From assembly GCA_964199315.1 (NCBI GenBank), contig OZ116706.1, positions 1,674,001 to 1,738,000 on the forward strand: 64,000 bases of DNA. Direction: 5' to 3'. The translations under genes were made by a program, and so were the position numbers. This DNA is from Orbicella franksi. Lineage: Eukaryota. This document shows positions 26,093 through 45,004 of the stretch, in pieces. The notes beneath the pieces are model-generated. The model saw nothing but the letters and a program-made list of their open reading frames with translations. It made no database searches and was not told where the DNA came from. Positions within the stretch are counted from its first letter, which is position 1; every line of letters begins with the position of its first letter.

Positions 26093-27151
26093 ATGCCGGA
26101 GCAAAACTTCAGCGAGATGAAAAACGGATCCTTGACAAACATGAGATCTTCCTACGCTCTGCTAGCACCTCCATTATTTAGTTTGATCATTGTAGTTGGA
26201 TTTGTCGGAAACGCGCTGCTTATTTACACTGTGCTTCGCTGGAAAGATATGAGAACCCCATGCAACTATCTCATCGCCAACAATGCAGTGGCAGATCTTT
26301 GTGTGGTGCTTTTGGCAGCTCCCTTGAGGATCGTGGAAATTTACTACGGATGGCCGCTGGGCAAATTCATTTGCCGTCTTCTTGCACCAACACAGGATGT
26401 TTTTGTTGTGGTGTCTGTTCTAACTTACACGATAATCGCCTGGGAAAGACACAGGGCCGTTATCACACCTTTTAAAGCCAAACTAACTTTAAAGAGCGTA
26501 ACTATCTCTGCTATATTTATGTGGGTAGTTGCCTATCTTGGCACCGGCTTGCCCATTGCCTTATCTCTAGACGTGATAACGATTCAAGGAAAGTCTCTAT
26601 GCTTAGCGTCCTTTGGATCGGACATTTCCCGGCAGATCTACGAATCTTACCTGGTAGCGTTTTTTATAGCACTACCCCTTTTTCTGCAAACGTTTTGCTA
26701 TTCTAGACTCCTTCACCACTTAAGGCGGAAGAACTCCTTCCAGAGGTCGTTTAGAGACTCTACCAGGTCAGACAACCGGGGCAGAAAGAACAAAAGAAGA
26801 CGACTGATTCGGGTGACAATAATTCTCATCATCTTTTTCCAAGTTTGTTACATTCCAAGAGGAGTTATCATGTTACTTTACGAGTTCGCGCGTGGCGTAA
26901 CGACAAATGTGTATTTTAAATATACCAACCTCGTTTTTCTGGCTTTGTATTATGTAAAACATGTTATTAATCCGATCATTTTGTTTACTGTAAGTACGGA
27001 TTTTCGTTCGCGCTTTCCGTGTAGAGTTGCAAATTCCTCGCCCACATTTTCTTCTTTCAAAAAGGTTTTCTCGTATCGAAAATCGTCGCGAAACACTTTG
27101 TGCGGAGGAAGCGAGAATGAGCATATAATTAACAAAGAGACCGTACTGTGA
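26093..27151 (+). CDS. Class A GPCR, neuropeptide-receptor-like, 352 aa (GPCR-4)
   Basis: Intronless 7TM ORF; GN, ADL, WPLG, C3.25, WERH (DRY variant), FQVCYIPRG, YYVKHVINP. Acceptor tttattggcag at about 25940 upstream. Confidence 0.95.
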   Translation: MPEQNFSEMKNGSLTNMRSSYALLAPPLFSLIIVVGFVGNALLIYTVLRWKDMRTPCNYLIANNAVADLCVVLLAAPLRIVEIYYGWPLGKFICRLLAPTQDVFVVVSVLTYTIIAWERHRAVITPFKAKLTLKSVTISAIFMWVVAYLGTGLPIALSLDVITIQGKSLCLASFGSDISRQIYESYLVAFFIALPLFLQTFCYSRLLHHLRRKNSFQRSFRDSTRSDNRGRKNKRRRLIRVTIILIIFFQVCYIPRGVIMLLYEFARGVTTNVYFKYTNLVFLALYYVKHVINPIILFTVSTDFRSRFPCRVANSSPTFSSFKKVFSYRKSSRNTLCGGSENEHIINKETVL

Positions 27152-29139
27152 TAAACGTGTTAAAATAACAGGAAAAGTATATTCTTAAAAGATTGTCACT
27201 GATCGTCCTTTTCTTTTTTTATTGCGAAAAAATATAGAATGTCATTTTTTTCTATCTAGCATACATTTGTACAAAGTATATTGCGTGTCTTTGAAGCCAT
27301 TGAAAAACTGTCGTGGTTTGTGGCGTTGATTTGCATTCAAATTGCTTGTCTCTATTAATTAAAACTGCTAGGAGCAAACACTCACTAAAATATTGACTGC
27401 AAAAATAAACACGTATACAAAGGCAATCGAAACGTTTCAGTTCTCTGCCAATTGATGTGTATCCAAATTGGTGTTTGGGGTCGTTTTTGCAGAAAGCAAT
27501 TTCCTCCCAGCTGAACTTTGAGGGGTTTTTGAGTAAACCACGCGTGATACTTGTCAAATAGCTAAATAGCTTCCAACAGCTGCAGACGGCTGGAAGATCC
27601 TTTGTAGTTCTCGAAGGTAATTTTCGTAAACTATGAAGTGGTTTGTGCTTCATTAACCCGTAACCAGGTTACGGAATTAACACTATACGATTTTCCATAT
27701 CCTCTTTCAGTCTTAATCTCCATAATCCGAAGGACCCTATTTCAGATATTCGTGTCTGCACGCTTAAAATTCTAACTAAATCTAGTAATCATTCAGTACC
27801 CTACCTTAGAGCAAAATGTAAAACATATACCTTAACTTATTATAGGAAATTAACGTTACTGTTAATTAAGGCATTCGAAATTAACACGACTTAAATTAAT
27901 GCGAACTGAAGGAATATTGCTACCCAATAAAGGAAACTGACGGGAAAGAGTTGCTAAAATTTCAAAATGAGGGAATTCAACGCGACTTATTACTCAAAGG
28001 AACAAATATTTTAAATAAGAGTAAATTCCCAAATGCAAGCGATATTCATGGAATTGTTTCTAAACGTATAGAGGCTTAGCGAAGCAATCTTGCCACTTCA
28101 AGCTTTCTTTACAGTGTCCTTATTACCGGTGGATCTCTACCCTGATAAAATCATGCTTTTTCCTTTTTCTGCTCTAAGCCATTCGTAAAATTCCTTCATG
28201 AGCTTGGCGTGACAAGGTTTCGAGAATTTGGAAAGAAAATAATAATGACAATTAAGGTCACGGAAGTTTACGTTCCACTTTTCAATGACACGGAAATTAA
28301 CGTGAACAGAAATCACTCCGACTTATACATTGACGCGAATTTCGTCAATTAATTTCATGAGGCGTTTTTTTGATATTTTATCAGGAGGGAAACCCTTTTT
28401 CGAATCAGAACTTACTCCCGAGTGCGGCTTATACCAAGACAAATATGATTACTCAGTCTCAGGCCCAACTGCAGAATTTTGAGAATCGCGTGAATTTGCT
28501 GAGCCGAATTGGGGTCATTATTTCAACAACGCGCCCCTTTTTTCTTCGGTTGACAAAAGTCACATTTCCTACGGGTAAATATTTGGTGCCTACAATTATG
28601 TAGCTGCTATTGATTTTTGGTGCTAGGGATTTGTTTGCACACGTGGTGTTCATCTGTAGCTGGCAGCTAGTTACTGAGTCGTATATAAAGAGTCGCGGAA
28701 TTCACAAACCACTCACTGAGAAGAACAAACTTTGTTATATCAACAAGGGCGTTTCCTTTGTCTTCAGCTTACTAAGCTGCATCTTTTAAGGGTAAATATT
28801 GCTTCTCTTCTAGTCAATTATGTACGCAATATTTATTTAGAGTCATAGACATCATCCATTGCACGCCCTGTGTCATACTGACTCCCGCTCAGCCTTCAAC
28901 TTCAGCTGATCACAAATTGTCCCGGGAAATGGCTAAGGAACAAACTAACAATCCCCTTGTGAATCTACAGGAGATGCGAGAAAATTGCGCGATTTTGTGT
29001 GGCGGAATGAGAGAATATTTTTACGTTCCTACTCGCACGCTAGGTGATAGACTACCTAGCCAAACTGGCCCTCCATAAATGACAAAAAGACATCTGCAGA
29101 TTTCCCCTATATGAAGGAAAACAGGTTTATATATCACAT

Positions 29140-29482
29140 TAGGGGCTTAAGAATAATCCACGACGGCGACGGCGAGGACAACGTCGACTAAAAAATGATT
29201 TTATATTTTACCTAAGAATCTCGCGGTACCCTGAAGTCATTTACTTTGTTTATCGCTGTCAAAGCTATCACGAAACTGAATCTAGGACACATCGACAAAT
29301 TCGAGATAAAAATTTAGAAAATTAGCCGTCGTGGTTCACGTTCTCCAGACAACGCAGAATTTGGTCATTTTACGGCAAAGAAATGTACAAAGAATTATAG
29401 CGCACTTGCACAGCCATTGTTATCACTAAAGCTTTTGTTTAGCGACGTTGCCGTTGCCGTCGTGGTTTTCTTAAGCTTCCTA
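29140..29482. mobile_element. MITE
   Basis: TIRs taggggcttaagaa..acgacggcgacggc / gccgttgccgtcgt..ttcttaagcttccta. Confidence 0.7.
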
Positions 29483-29618
29483 TAAAATATCCACTCAACG
29501 GTTGCAACACAAAACACGGTTCAAGTTGATTTTAGAAACATATTGGGTAACAGATCTCTTTAAGTTACTATATTTTAGCGGATAGCGTCTACATTTTACT
29601 GGTCAGTTTGTATTTAGC

Positions 29619-30070
29619 TCATTAACCGAGCAGGAGGTCTGTATGGGGAAAATCCTGACCGAAGTCGTGAGTACAGACCGAACGCAGTGAGGTCAGTGCA
29701 CACGACCGAGGTCAAGATTCTCCCACATAGACCGACTAAGCTCGGTTAATAAGATGTTTATCATATGGCAAACAAGAAAAAATTAATTCGTTTAATGTAA
29801 CTGGTTTGTACTAGCTCACATTTTGCTTGTGGACCTTACAAAGTTTGCTCGTCCTCTTTACCTTTTTTTCCTCATCAGGCTTTTCGTCATTTCCACTAAA
29901 AACAGTCAATATTTTTGTATTTTAGTTTGCAACATTTCAACTGCAAAACGTAATCGGTCTTGATGCCGGTCTAGATGAGAAAATCTAGAACGCGGTCAAT
30001 ATCGATTTCAGCCAATCAAATTCGTGAATTCGGTAGTTACCAGTCCTTGTGAAACACAGCCAAATAATAA
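29619..30070 (+). mobile_element. Hairpin-plus-tail non-autonomous element (canonical-length copy)
   Basis: Approximately 65-bp arms around cgaacgcagtgag; tail homologous to 17268-17636, ending ccaaataataa. Confidence 0.75.
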
Positions 30071-32970
30071 CTAGCGATAATACACCAAATCTAGTCTCGT
30101 AAATTATGCCAACACTATAACATCTCGTAAAATATACAGCGGAATGCCGAATTTTCCAACCTCCCAGGGAAACGAAAATTGGTCTGGTGTTCGACTGAGT
30201 GGAGAGAAACGACTTTTGGTTCGAGTTATCGAGAGGATCGAAAAATCGAGGGTGACCCACTACGATAAAACTGATATCGTTCAGGTAGAAAGGGTTTATT
30301 TTGGGCCGCTTTTCAGACGCAGATACGTGGCCAAAACGTTACGTGACCATTGAAACGGGTGCAAACGAGGAAGAATTTCCAGAAAATTTGACCGATGCCG
30401 AGGTTTCGAAATGCATGCAAATCTGTCAGCTGAAATTTCAAAAATTCCCGAAGAAATACGTGGGACGGATAATCTCCGGCGAACGAATTTCGGAATTTAA
30501 GTGTTTACCATCGAGAAGTTGGCTTTCTCTTTAATCAAAATTTGGGGAAAGACCGGGAAAAAATCCAAATTCTGGTGCAGTCATTCAGAAAATCATGTTC
30601 GATTAATCATTGTCAGCAGTTTCCGAAATTGAAGTTGGCGGTTTTTGTTCGTGGCTAGTCTTACGCAGTTTGTCTTCGTCCCGATCAAGGGACTAATCAG
30701 AGACCTTTCTGCTTATTAGACTTGCAAGTATATTTAGTAACTTATTGATCCATATACAATGAGGAAAAATCTACAGTTTGCAATTCTCATCAATGTCTAC
30801 TTTTCAGTTTTTAAGTATTTAATTCTGTTTTTCAAATGCACAAACATATATTCCTATTGATATTCAGGACTTATAGACGCTAAAAAGACGTATAGACAGA
30901 AAAATCCATCCTGCTAAGATAGAGCAAAAACAATTTTATAGCATAGTGGTTTTTTTGACCAAATCAAGACCAGTTTGATACGCTCGATTTGTTTTTTCAT
31001 ATCAACTTTCCTTAATTAAGTTATGGTATCACTGAGCATAAAATCACGTCTTTCTAAGTTAGTTTCTAAAGTGAAACACCTAAATATTTCAGATGAATTT
31101 TTAAATGTCTACGGTAGAAGAAAGAAAAAATCCTGGAGAAATCTCTTACCTGTCTAACACAGAGAAACTCAGTGGGGTTCGCTGTCGCGCGATCTTTGAG
31201 ATGTTATCCAGTAAGTAATTCGTCTGCCAATCAGTTATAAGAATTAATTTCATGTTAATAAATGACTTTGATGATAGAAAGCAAGTTGGGAGATTATCGT
31301 TTCGACATGAGAAGTGGACGGCTTTTATTGGGGAAGGGGGGTGGGGGCGGGTTTGAGGTGTCATATCTAATCTACTAAAACCTTTGCAGTAAAGGTTCCG
31401 ATGTTATGTGAGAAGGTGAATACGTGCAAGGGGTTGTGCAGCTGGTTTTCGCTTCTCTACAAACCTGAGTCAAGTAGTACAAAAAACTAAGGCCGGCACT
31501 CAGAGTGATGAATAAAACTAAAAGCAACAGATAAAAAATTCGATAAAAATTCGAATGGAATGTAAAAAGTACTAATTCTACAATGCTCTCAAATAAGGTA
31601 GAAAAAAAACGACGAATTCTGTAAAAAAAAAGACGAAATTTAGCACGACCAGCACGACAAAATACTTTGCCTAAAGAGACAGTCGCCTCATCAAAATTTT
31701 TGCGAGGGATAAATGAACAGCCACTTAAGTTTTAAGGAAAGTTTCTGCTGATTTTGATAATCCAAATGAACGAGTGCTTTCCTTTCTTTTTATTGTTCAG
31801 TTCTCAGTAAAAGAAATAGAATACACTTTCTTCGAGAAAACAAGATTCGTGGATCGGTTTTGGGAGAACCATAAAAAGTTGTACATCAGTCGATCAAAAC
31901 AGCAGCAGCCTGTAGCTCGTTCTCCAATTCGTGTTTTAGTCTGTTATCGGATACAAACACGAAAAATGTTTTCTATGTGTTAAGAAATTTCATTTCTCTA
32001 GAGCAAGAGGTTAATGGAGTGACCTGGACTTCCATAAGTGAGGCTATCGATGCACATAAATGAAGGATATAAAAATTTCGGATTTGTTTTACCCCACAAC
32101 TGTGTAAAATACAGATAGGAAATAATATCTCACCGTTACTGAAGGAAATGCTTCACCGAGTTCGTTGTTAGGTAAGGATGTTTTTCAGCACTAACAGCAG
32201 CTGTAAAATGTGATTTCTTGGCGGATTGTTAGTCACTTCCAAAGTAATTTGAGGAGCAAATCAGTATTTCACATGAGCGATCCTGAAAAATTGGCTTCAA
32301 ATAACAAAGTCTGGGAGTTCTGAATTTGATCTTCAGGAGACGGCCTATTAACTGTTTGTGGGGCTGATACCGAATCGATTATACTCTTTGTAGCAAATTT
32401 TCGGTAATTAGGCTGAGATTCGACCAGGGCCAGCTGCACTCTGTAAATAAGTTACCTATTTCATATTCAAAACTACATGCGACGGAAGTGTCCTAAACGC
32501 CCAAAGAGAGATTGCAGATAAATCAACAGTTTGCACTGTTGTGGTTATTTAAAATTTTTGCTATTTTTGCTGATTTTTACCTTTTTTTTACATGGAGAAA
32601 CGTTTAGTTTGAACATCGAGCTTTGGTTAATAGTTGAAGAATATAACTTTACTGACACCTTTAGCATAACAACAGTTATTAATTCCTTCGACTAACAACC
32701 AAGAAATCTCCTTTTTTTGGAAATCGATATTTTCTTCATCTCTCTCTCTATTTGGATTGCGGAATATCGACATGTTTCCCTGCTACCTGGCTGTGCTGTA
32801 TACAACTTAGTTCTTGGAAGAAAACTAGGATACTCTAACAGAAAACGTGTTTGTTAACTTCAGGATTTGGAAGTTCATAGTGCGATAAACAACAGCTGTG
32901 ACACCAAAGGGTGTCATGTTTGCGCCGATTCCTTTTAAAGTACGTATTGTGAATTGTGCTAGCTTGGTAA

Positions 32971-33148
32971 TGGGGCATTTCTGAGTTACCTTGTAAAACG
33001 AGTTTCCGTGCAAAACCGTTCACATAAAAATGAGTTTGATTTTATACATGAAAACGAACCTGTTGGGCGGAACACATTTTCACATGAATGGTTTCGCACG
33101 AATATTCGTTTTGACACACAGGAAGAAGGCAACACTCGGAAATGGCCT
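32971..33148. mobile_element. Short MITE
   Basis: TIRs gggcatttctgagtt ... ctcggaaatggcc. Confidence 0.55.
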
Positions 33149-33397
33149 TTTGGGTATGGCTTATAAAAGAAACATCTTTATTTTATATTCTTTGTCAGGA
33201 GCTGATGACTCTTCCCACAAGATTAAAAGATCCAAATATCTTCCCTACGGATCCTTACCTTGAAAGAGGGTATATGTCAGGTACACTACTCGGAAGGGAG
33301 ACAGTGAAATCATATGGTAGAGAAAAAAAATACAGACACGCACACACTTAAATTGCAGCTGGCATATTCTGCGGCACTCCGAGGTGATCACAATAAT

Positions 33398-33710
33398 AGG
33401 GCCATTTATACGAGGAAAATAAGCCGCGGCTTACATAAGACGCGAACTGGTCCATTTACATGAGCGCGGCTTATATAAGACGCGAAGTGCCCGTATAAAT
33501 GGTTCACGGCTAAGTCGTGACTTAAGCCTCGCTTTTGTGTTGGTTGTCATAGTGTGAGTTCGCCTCCTACGTAAGCCGCAAACCGTAGCCGTGATACCAT
33601 TTATGCGAGTGGTTTCGTGTCTTATATTAGCCGCGGCTTATTTAAGCCGAGCTCAAAACCTTGTCTTACGCGACTTGTGTAAGCCGCGGCTTATTTTTCT
33701 CGTATAAATG
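33398..33710. mobile_element. MITE
   Basis: Approximately 37-bp TIR catttatacgaggaaaataagccgcggcttac / gtaagccgcggcttatttttctcgtataaatg. Confidence 0.75.
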
Positions 33711-33711
33711 A

Positions 33712-34150
33712 AATGGTTTCGAGTGCAATTTGGAAAAAAACATAACCAAATTTGTAGTCTGAAAAATTTACTAGAGCTTATTTATTCCAAATTACACAAG
33801 AATAATCATGTGATTATTTGTTAATAATATACTCTCGACAATAGACTATTGAAGGTCTTTGCATTGTCTATTTAGGCAGGTTGCAAACCTCCGATCGTGC
33901 TCTTCGCAACTCTTTGAAAATCTTAGTGATCTTCGAGGGTGCTCGGAAAACGTATAATTATCTTCGGCTATCTTTGGAGGGCTTTGTGAATTTTGACTTC
34001 TTTCGAAATATACCTCGGATGACCGTCGATACTTTTAGTTTGTCTTCGTAATAACTTCGGATATCTTCGTTGTAATTTTCACTGGTGTTACACTTGAACT
34101 GCACTGCTCTTAACCAAAAAGAATTGAGTTATTTTTTCTAATGTATTATT
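33712..34150 (+). mobile_element. Degenerate hairpin-plus-tail element
   Basis: Short imperfect hairpin (atggtttcgagtgcaatttgg ... ccaaattacacaagaataatcat); tail bracketed by taataatata / tgtattatta. Confidence 0.4.
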
Positions 34151-35231
34151 AGTCTGAAAATAGCTGCGTCTAGCCCTGCTAGATTAGGAACAAAGGGGCT
34201 TGGTCTAGAAACAGAGAAAAAAACGACAGCAACAAAAGCAAGCGCCTTTGTCAAGCAAACTTTTATTGAGGTGCTGCTTAACTTATCAGTAAGTTATTTG
34301 CTCTTGAGTAACATCAGTTGGTCATATAAACAATGATATTGATTATAAATTGATGATAAAATTTGAAAATTTGAAACGAGATTGAATCAGATCTAACTCA
34401 AGCTCATCGAGATACGTTTGAAAGGCAAGAGGCAGACCACCAAATTCTTGCCAATTCTGTAAGTTACAGGACACATACTTCTATTCAACTACAAGTATTT
34501 TAAAAATCAGTTACTCACCCCGATCCCAGTCAGTAATTTTAGTAGATGCTGCCCTTTATGTAAGGCGCAATAAAAATTCAGATTTCTGAGGGCAAAACAC
34601 ACATTTCTCTCCAGTGATCAAATTCAATTCTCATTACAAATTGCGATACGTTCCTTTAACGTTATTTCTGAGAAACTGGAAATACATCAACACATATACT
34701 TTGTTGCGGATCTTTTTTTTTTTCTCACCACCTTGACGCTTGACAATCACTGATATGGTATCGACAGGCGAGAAGATTGGGCTCGTTGCAGATCTTGGGG
34801 CTGGTATTCTACAATTTAAACTCACTTGGCGAGATCAGAAAATTGAGAAAGTTTTTTAATCATTCACCAAAAAGGGACTACCGTAAAAAAATATCTAATA
34901 ATTGTTCTTCAAGCTGAAGTCAGCAAGGATACTCTCAGTTGCATGGCAACAACGCTGACTACAAAACAAAGACCGTGGGCTCGGATGAACCTCAGAAACC
35001 AGTGGGCCACTACCTCTCTGCAACTTCCGACTTCTTTTATCAGTTATAAACAGTAAAACACTATCGTATATAAAATTAGAGGCATTGCTGACCCGTTGAT
35101 TTTTGTTTTAAGAAGGCCTTGATGGGATTTAACAAGTCTGGTTTTAACTGATGGCTGAGACTTGTCGAAAATTTTAGCGGTCGGATAAGAAATGACGCGT
35201 TTTTTTTTTTAACTGATCGTTGAGATCTGAT

Positions 35232-35485
35232 TGAGAGGCTTTCCCTTGAGTGTCGAAAAGTAATTGCTTTTGCATCACCACGCTACACGATTGGCTTAAA
35301 AAAAAATCTTGCCACTTTTTTTATCCAATCAGAAGTAAAACACTCACGTTTTCCCGCGCTTCGCGACAGCTACTTGTATTTACTACGAGTTTTGATTGGT
35401 TCACTCGATTGTCTGTGTTCTTTGTGGCTGGCCAGAGTTATTGCTTTGGGTTTGGTTTTACGACACTCAATTGACAACGGCTCTA
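35232..35485. mobile_element. MITE (same family as 55255-55399)
   Basis: TIR ..ttgagtgtcg / cgacactcaattgacaacggctcta. Confidence 0.6.
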
Positions 35486-36551
35486 TCTGCACCGAAGATA
35501 ATCTGCTCTATCTGCCGAGATGAGATTTGGCCCGAACGCGACACATGAGGATAATTAGTTTTTGAATTGTGATCACCATGCGCACAGCGGCGGTCAATTT
35601 TGCTTTGGGGTACACCGGTGAGAATTGACTTTACGAGAGAAAAAACCTAAGTTGCCCACCCCCAAGAGCAGCTTCATTGTTGTGCCGAAAATGTTCCGAA
35701 CAACGGCGACGATTTTGCCTCGGCTTCGGACGAAGTCCCTCAGGGCTACCAAGAACAAAAGGCTATTCAATTTTACTTGATGTGAGATGTTGAGCCGGAA
35801 CAAAAGACCATTTCTTAATACGCCTAAGAAATGGCTGAAACTTTAAGACATAACTGAGGTTTTAGAAACCCTATTCAGTTAGCACGGACAGTTCCGAGAT
35901 GTGGTTGCCAACCAAACAATAGTTTTGAAGAGAAAATACAGGAGGAATATAGAATGATTGCACTACTAACTAACAAACTAAAGCCCATTGAATACTAACT
36001 TCATAAATATTTCGCCTATTACACATTCTGCTAGACTACCAAAATGCGCAAATTGTAAAACCTAGCATATTTGAGTTGACTCAGCTTGATACAACCACGT
36101 CGTTCGAAGCGGGGTCCAGGGCCGTAGACAGTAGGAAGCAAATCGGGGCACTTGACTTTTTTTCGGTGGGGGAAAGTAAAACACTGCTAAATACTTAGAA
36201 AGAGAATTTAACCATAGACATTGCCTCAGCCAATTTTTTTTTTTTTCTGGTTACGACCCCGGGCTCAAGTATTTTCGTCTCCCACGAAAGAGTCTGAGAT
36301 TCGAGCCAAGATTGCTTTGACGTGTTGTCTCTGATGATTGGTTATCACTCGCACGCGAAATTCGTAACCTAGCAACAGCCAATCAACAACGCCACCTCTA
36401 AAGAGCCACGCCAACTTAATGGAATCTTTTCTGCTAGAATCTCAGACGTTTCTCTAGCGGGCGATGAAAATAAACGTGCAAAGAGCCTTTTCTTTTAACT
36501 CAGACTGGGATTGATTTCACATGTTGTATCACATTACACTTATGCTAACAG

Positions 36552-43431
<6,880 letters not shown>

Positions 43432-43931
43432 AACTTCAACGATCGCACCAACGCTAGAAATACTCGTAACACGAACAATATGCTGCTATCACTCGGGAGA
43501 AAACGACGAAATAAAATCTGCTGAGGCCCAAGAAATATTACAAAGTCGCCATGATTGATTCCGTGGCCGACAGAAGACTGGACCAGACCATTTTAGTGTG
43601 TTCTATTTTTGGAACCGGAAATTGCAAGGCATGACGAAATACATGGCACTTTCATGACCACTCCATAAGTGATGCAGAGGCCATCAGAGAATTTCGTCTA
43701 TCGTCTTGTTCTTTTGATAAGCAAAAAGGCTTTATCGGTGGCAATTTTGTCAGTGAACTAAGTCAACCAAGTAAAACCGGGAGGAAGACACTTCGTTGCC
43801 AGGCAAGAAGACGTTCCGCTCTGAATTTTTAACCGCTGGTCAAGACAGAAACTTGCTGACTACGAAGAAACCGGAATATTCTGCTGTCTCACACCTTTTC
43901 ATTTTGTGCAGTTAATTGTATCACAGAAACG
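43432..43931. promoter_or_regulatory. Probable bidirectional promoter, MK2 / ankyrin gene
   Basis: CpG-rich 500 bp between divergent ATGs; ETS-like accggaaat near 43613 and YY1-like cgccatgat near 43547. Confidence 0.5.
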
Positions 43932-43958
43932 ATGAATAACTCCATCGGAAGACGAGTG
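43932..43958 (+). CDS. Putative first coding exon (MNNSIGRRV) of the ankyrin gene
   Basis: ATG followed by a phase-0 GTAAGT donor at 43959, matching the phase-0 acceptor at 48646; intervening exons cannot be excluded. Confidence 0.5.
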
Positions 43959-44591
43959 GTAAGTTTTGAAAGATTCATTATTTTGTATTGTAATTGTAAG
44001 TCAAAACTTCAGGTACCGCGCAGCTTACCGAATTTGTAGGTTTGACTCCATAGGTTCTATTTCTCGATTTGTTATTTCTGGAAGGTTGGTGGTGGTTTGA
44101 TTTTTCAGTTCAATAATGACGTGTCTCTGATCATGACCGGGTTGTACATGTACGTACATGTAATAAATAAATAAATAAATATACATTTACATTTATTTAT
44201 ATACATTTACATTACATGATCATTTTTGTCGTGACCGCAAATGATTACAGGGTTGATCAAGCTCAGAGACCAAGTCAAAATTTCTGTGATCATGTTTAAA
44301 CACGCCTCTTCGATTGCCTGAAATCGCAGTTTACAGAAAATAGAACTATGTTCCAGTGCTTTCAATAAAATGTGGAGCAGATTGCTACCCTGGCACAGTC
44401 TCTGTCAGAGAGCAATAGGAGCGGCTTATAACAGCTTCCTTTTGAGGGTCAGTTCTGGAAACTGCTAACTAAACATATTTACAGATGGCAATTCGCCGGA
44501 ACTTAAACGGGCACCGGGTCCTATTGAAAGCACTCATTCTCCACACCTTATGATCATTTTTAATTTTTTGCTATCATCTGTGATCATATTA

Positions 44592-45004
44592 AGGCCTGTC
44601 CAAACGGGAAATGTTTGGCGACCAAACACCATCAAACATTGTTTGGTGACCAAACATTTTACCATTTGGCCACCTTGTTTGGTGCTGTTTGATCGTGTTT
44701 GATCATGTTTGGTCGTGTTTGATAAAACTTGAAGGCCATCAAACATTCGATCAAACAACTTAAAACATTTCTTTTGTTCTCATGTTTGATGGGCGATGTT
44801 TTGTTCGTTTGGACAGCCGTATCAAACATGTTTGGCGCGTGCATGCGTACCACAGTTGCTCAGCAGCTTGCATCCATAGTTTGATCTGTGTTTGATCAAA
44901 CATGTTTTAACCGTTTGGCCACTCACTTCAACATCAGCATGTTTGGTCACCAAACAATGTTTGATGATGTTTGGTTGCCAAACATTTCCCGTTTGGACAG
45001 GCCT
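44592..45004. mobile_element. PIF/Harbinger-type MITE
   Basis: Approximately 70-bp near-perfect TIRs aggcctgtccaaacgggaaatgtttgg...; TTA target duplication on both sides. Confidence 0.85.

Noticed and set aside
4794-27151. Opsin call, from the conserved TM7 lysine
   Set aside because: The Lys is 4 residues before the N of NP (7.45); the opsin Schiff-base Lys is 6 before (7.43), which is Tyr here.
27252-27653. 133-aa minus-strand ORF
   Set aside because: No recognisable motif, splice context or codon signal; treated as chance.
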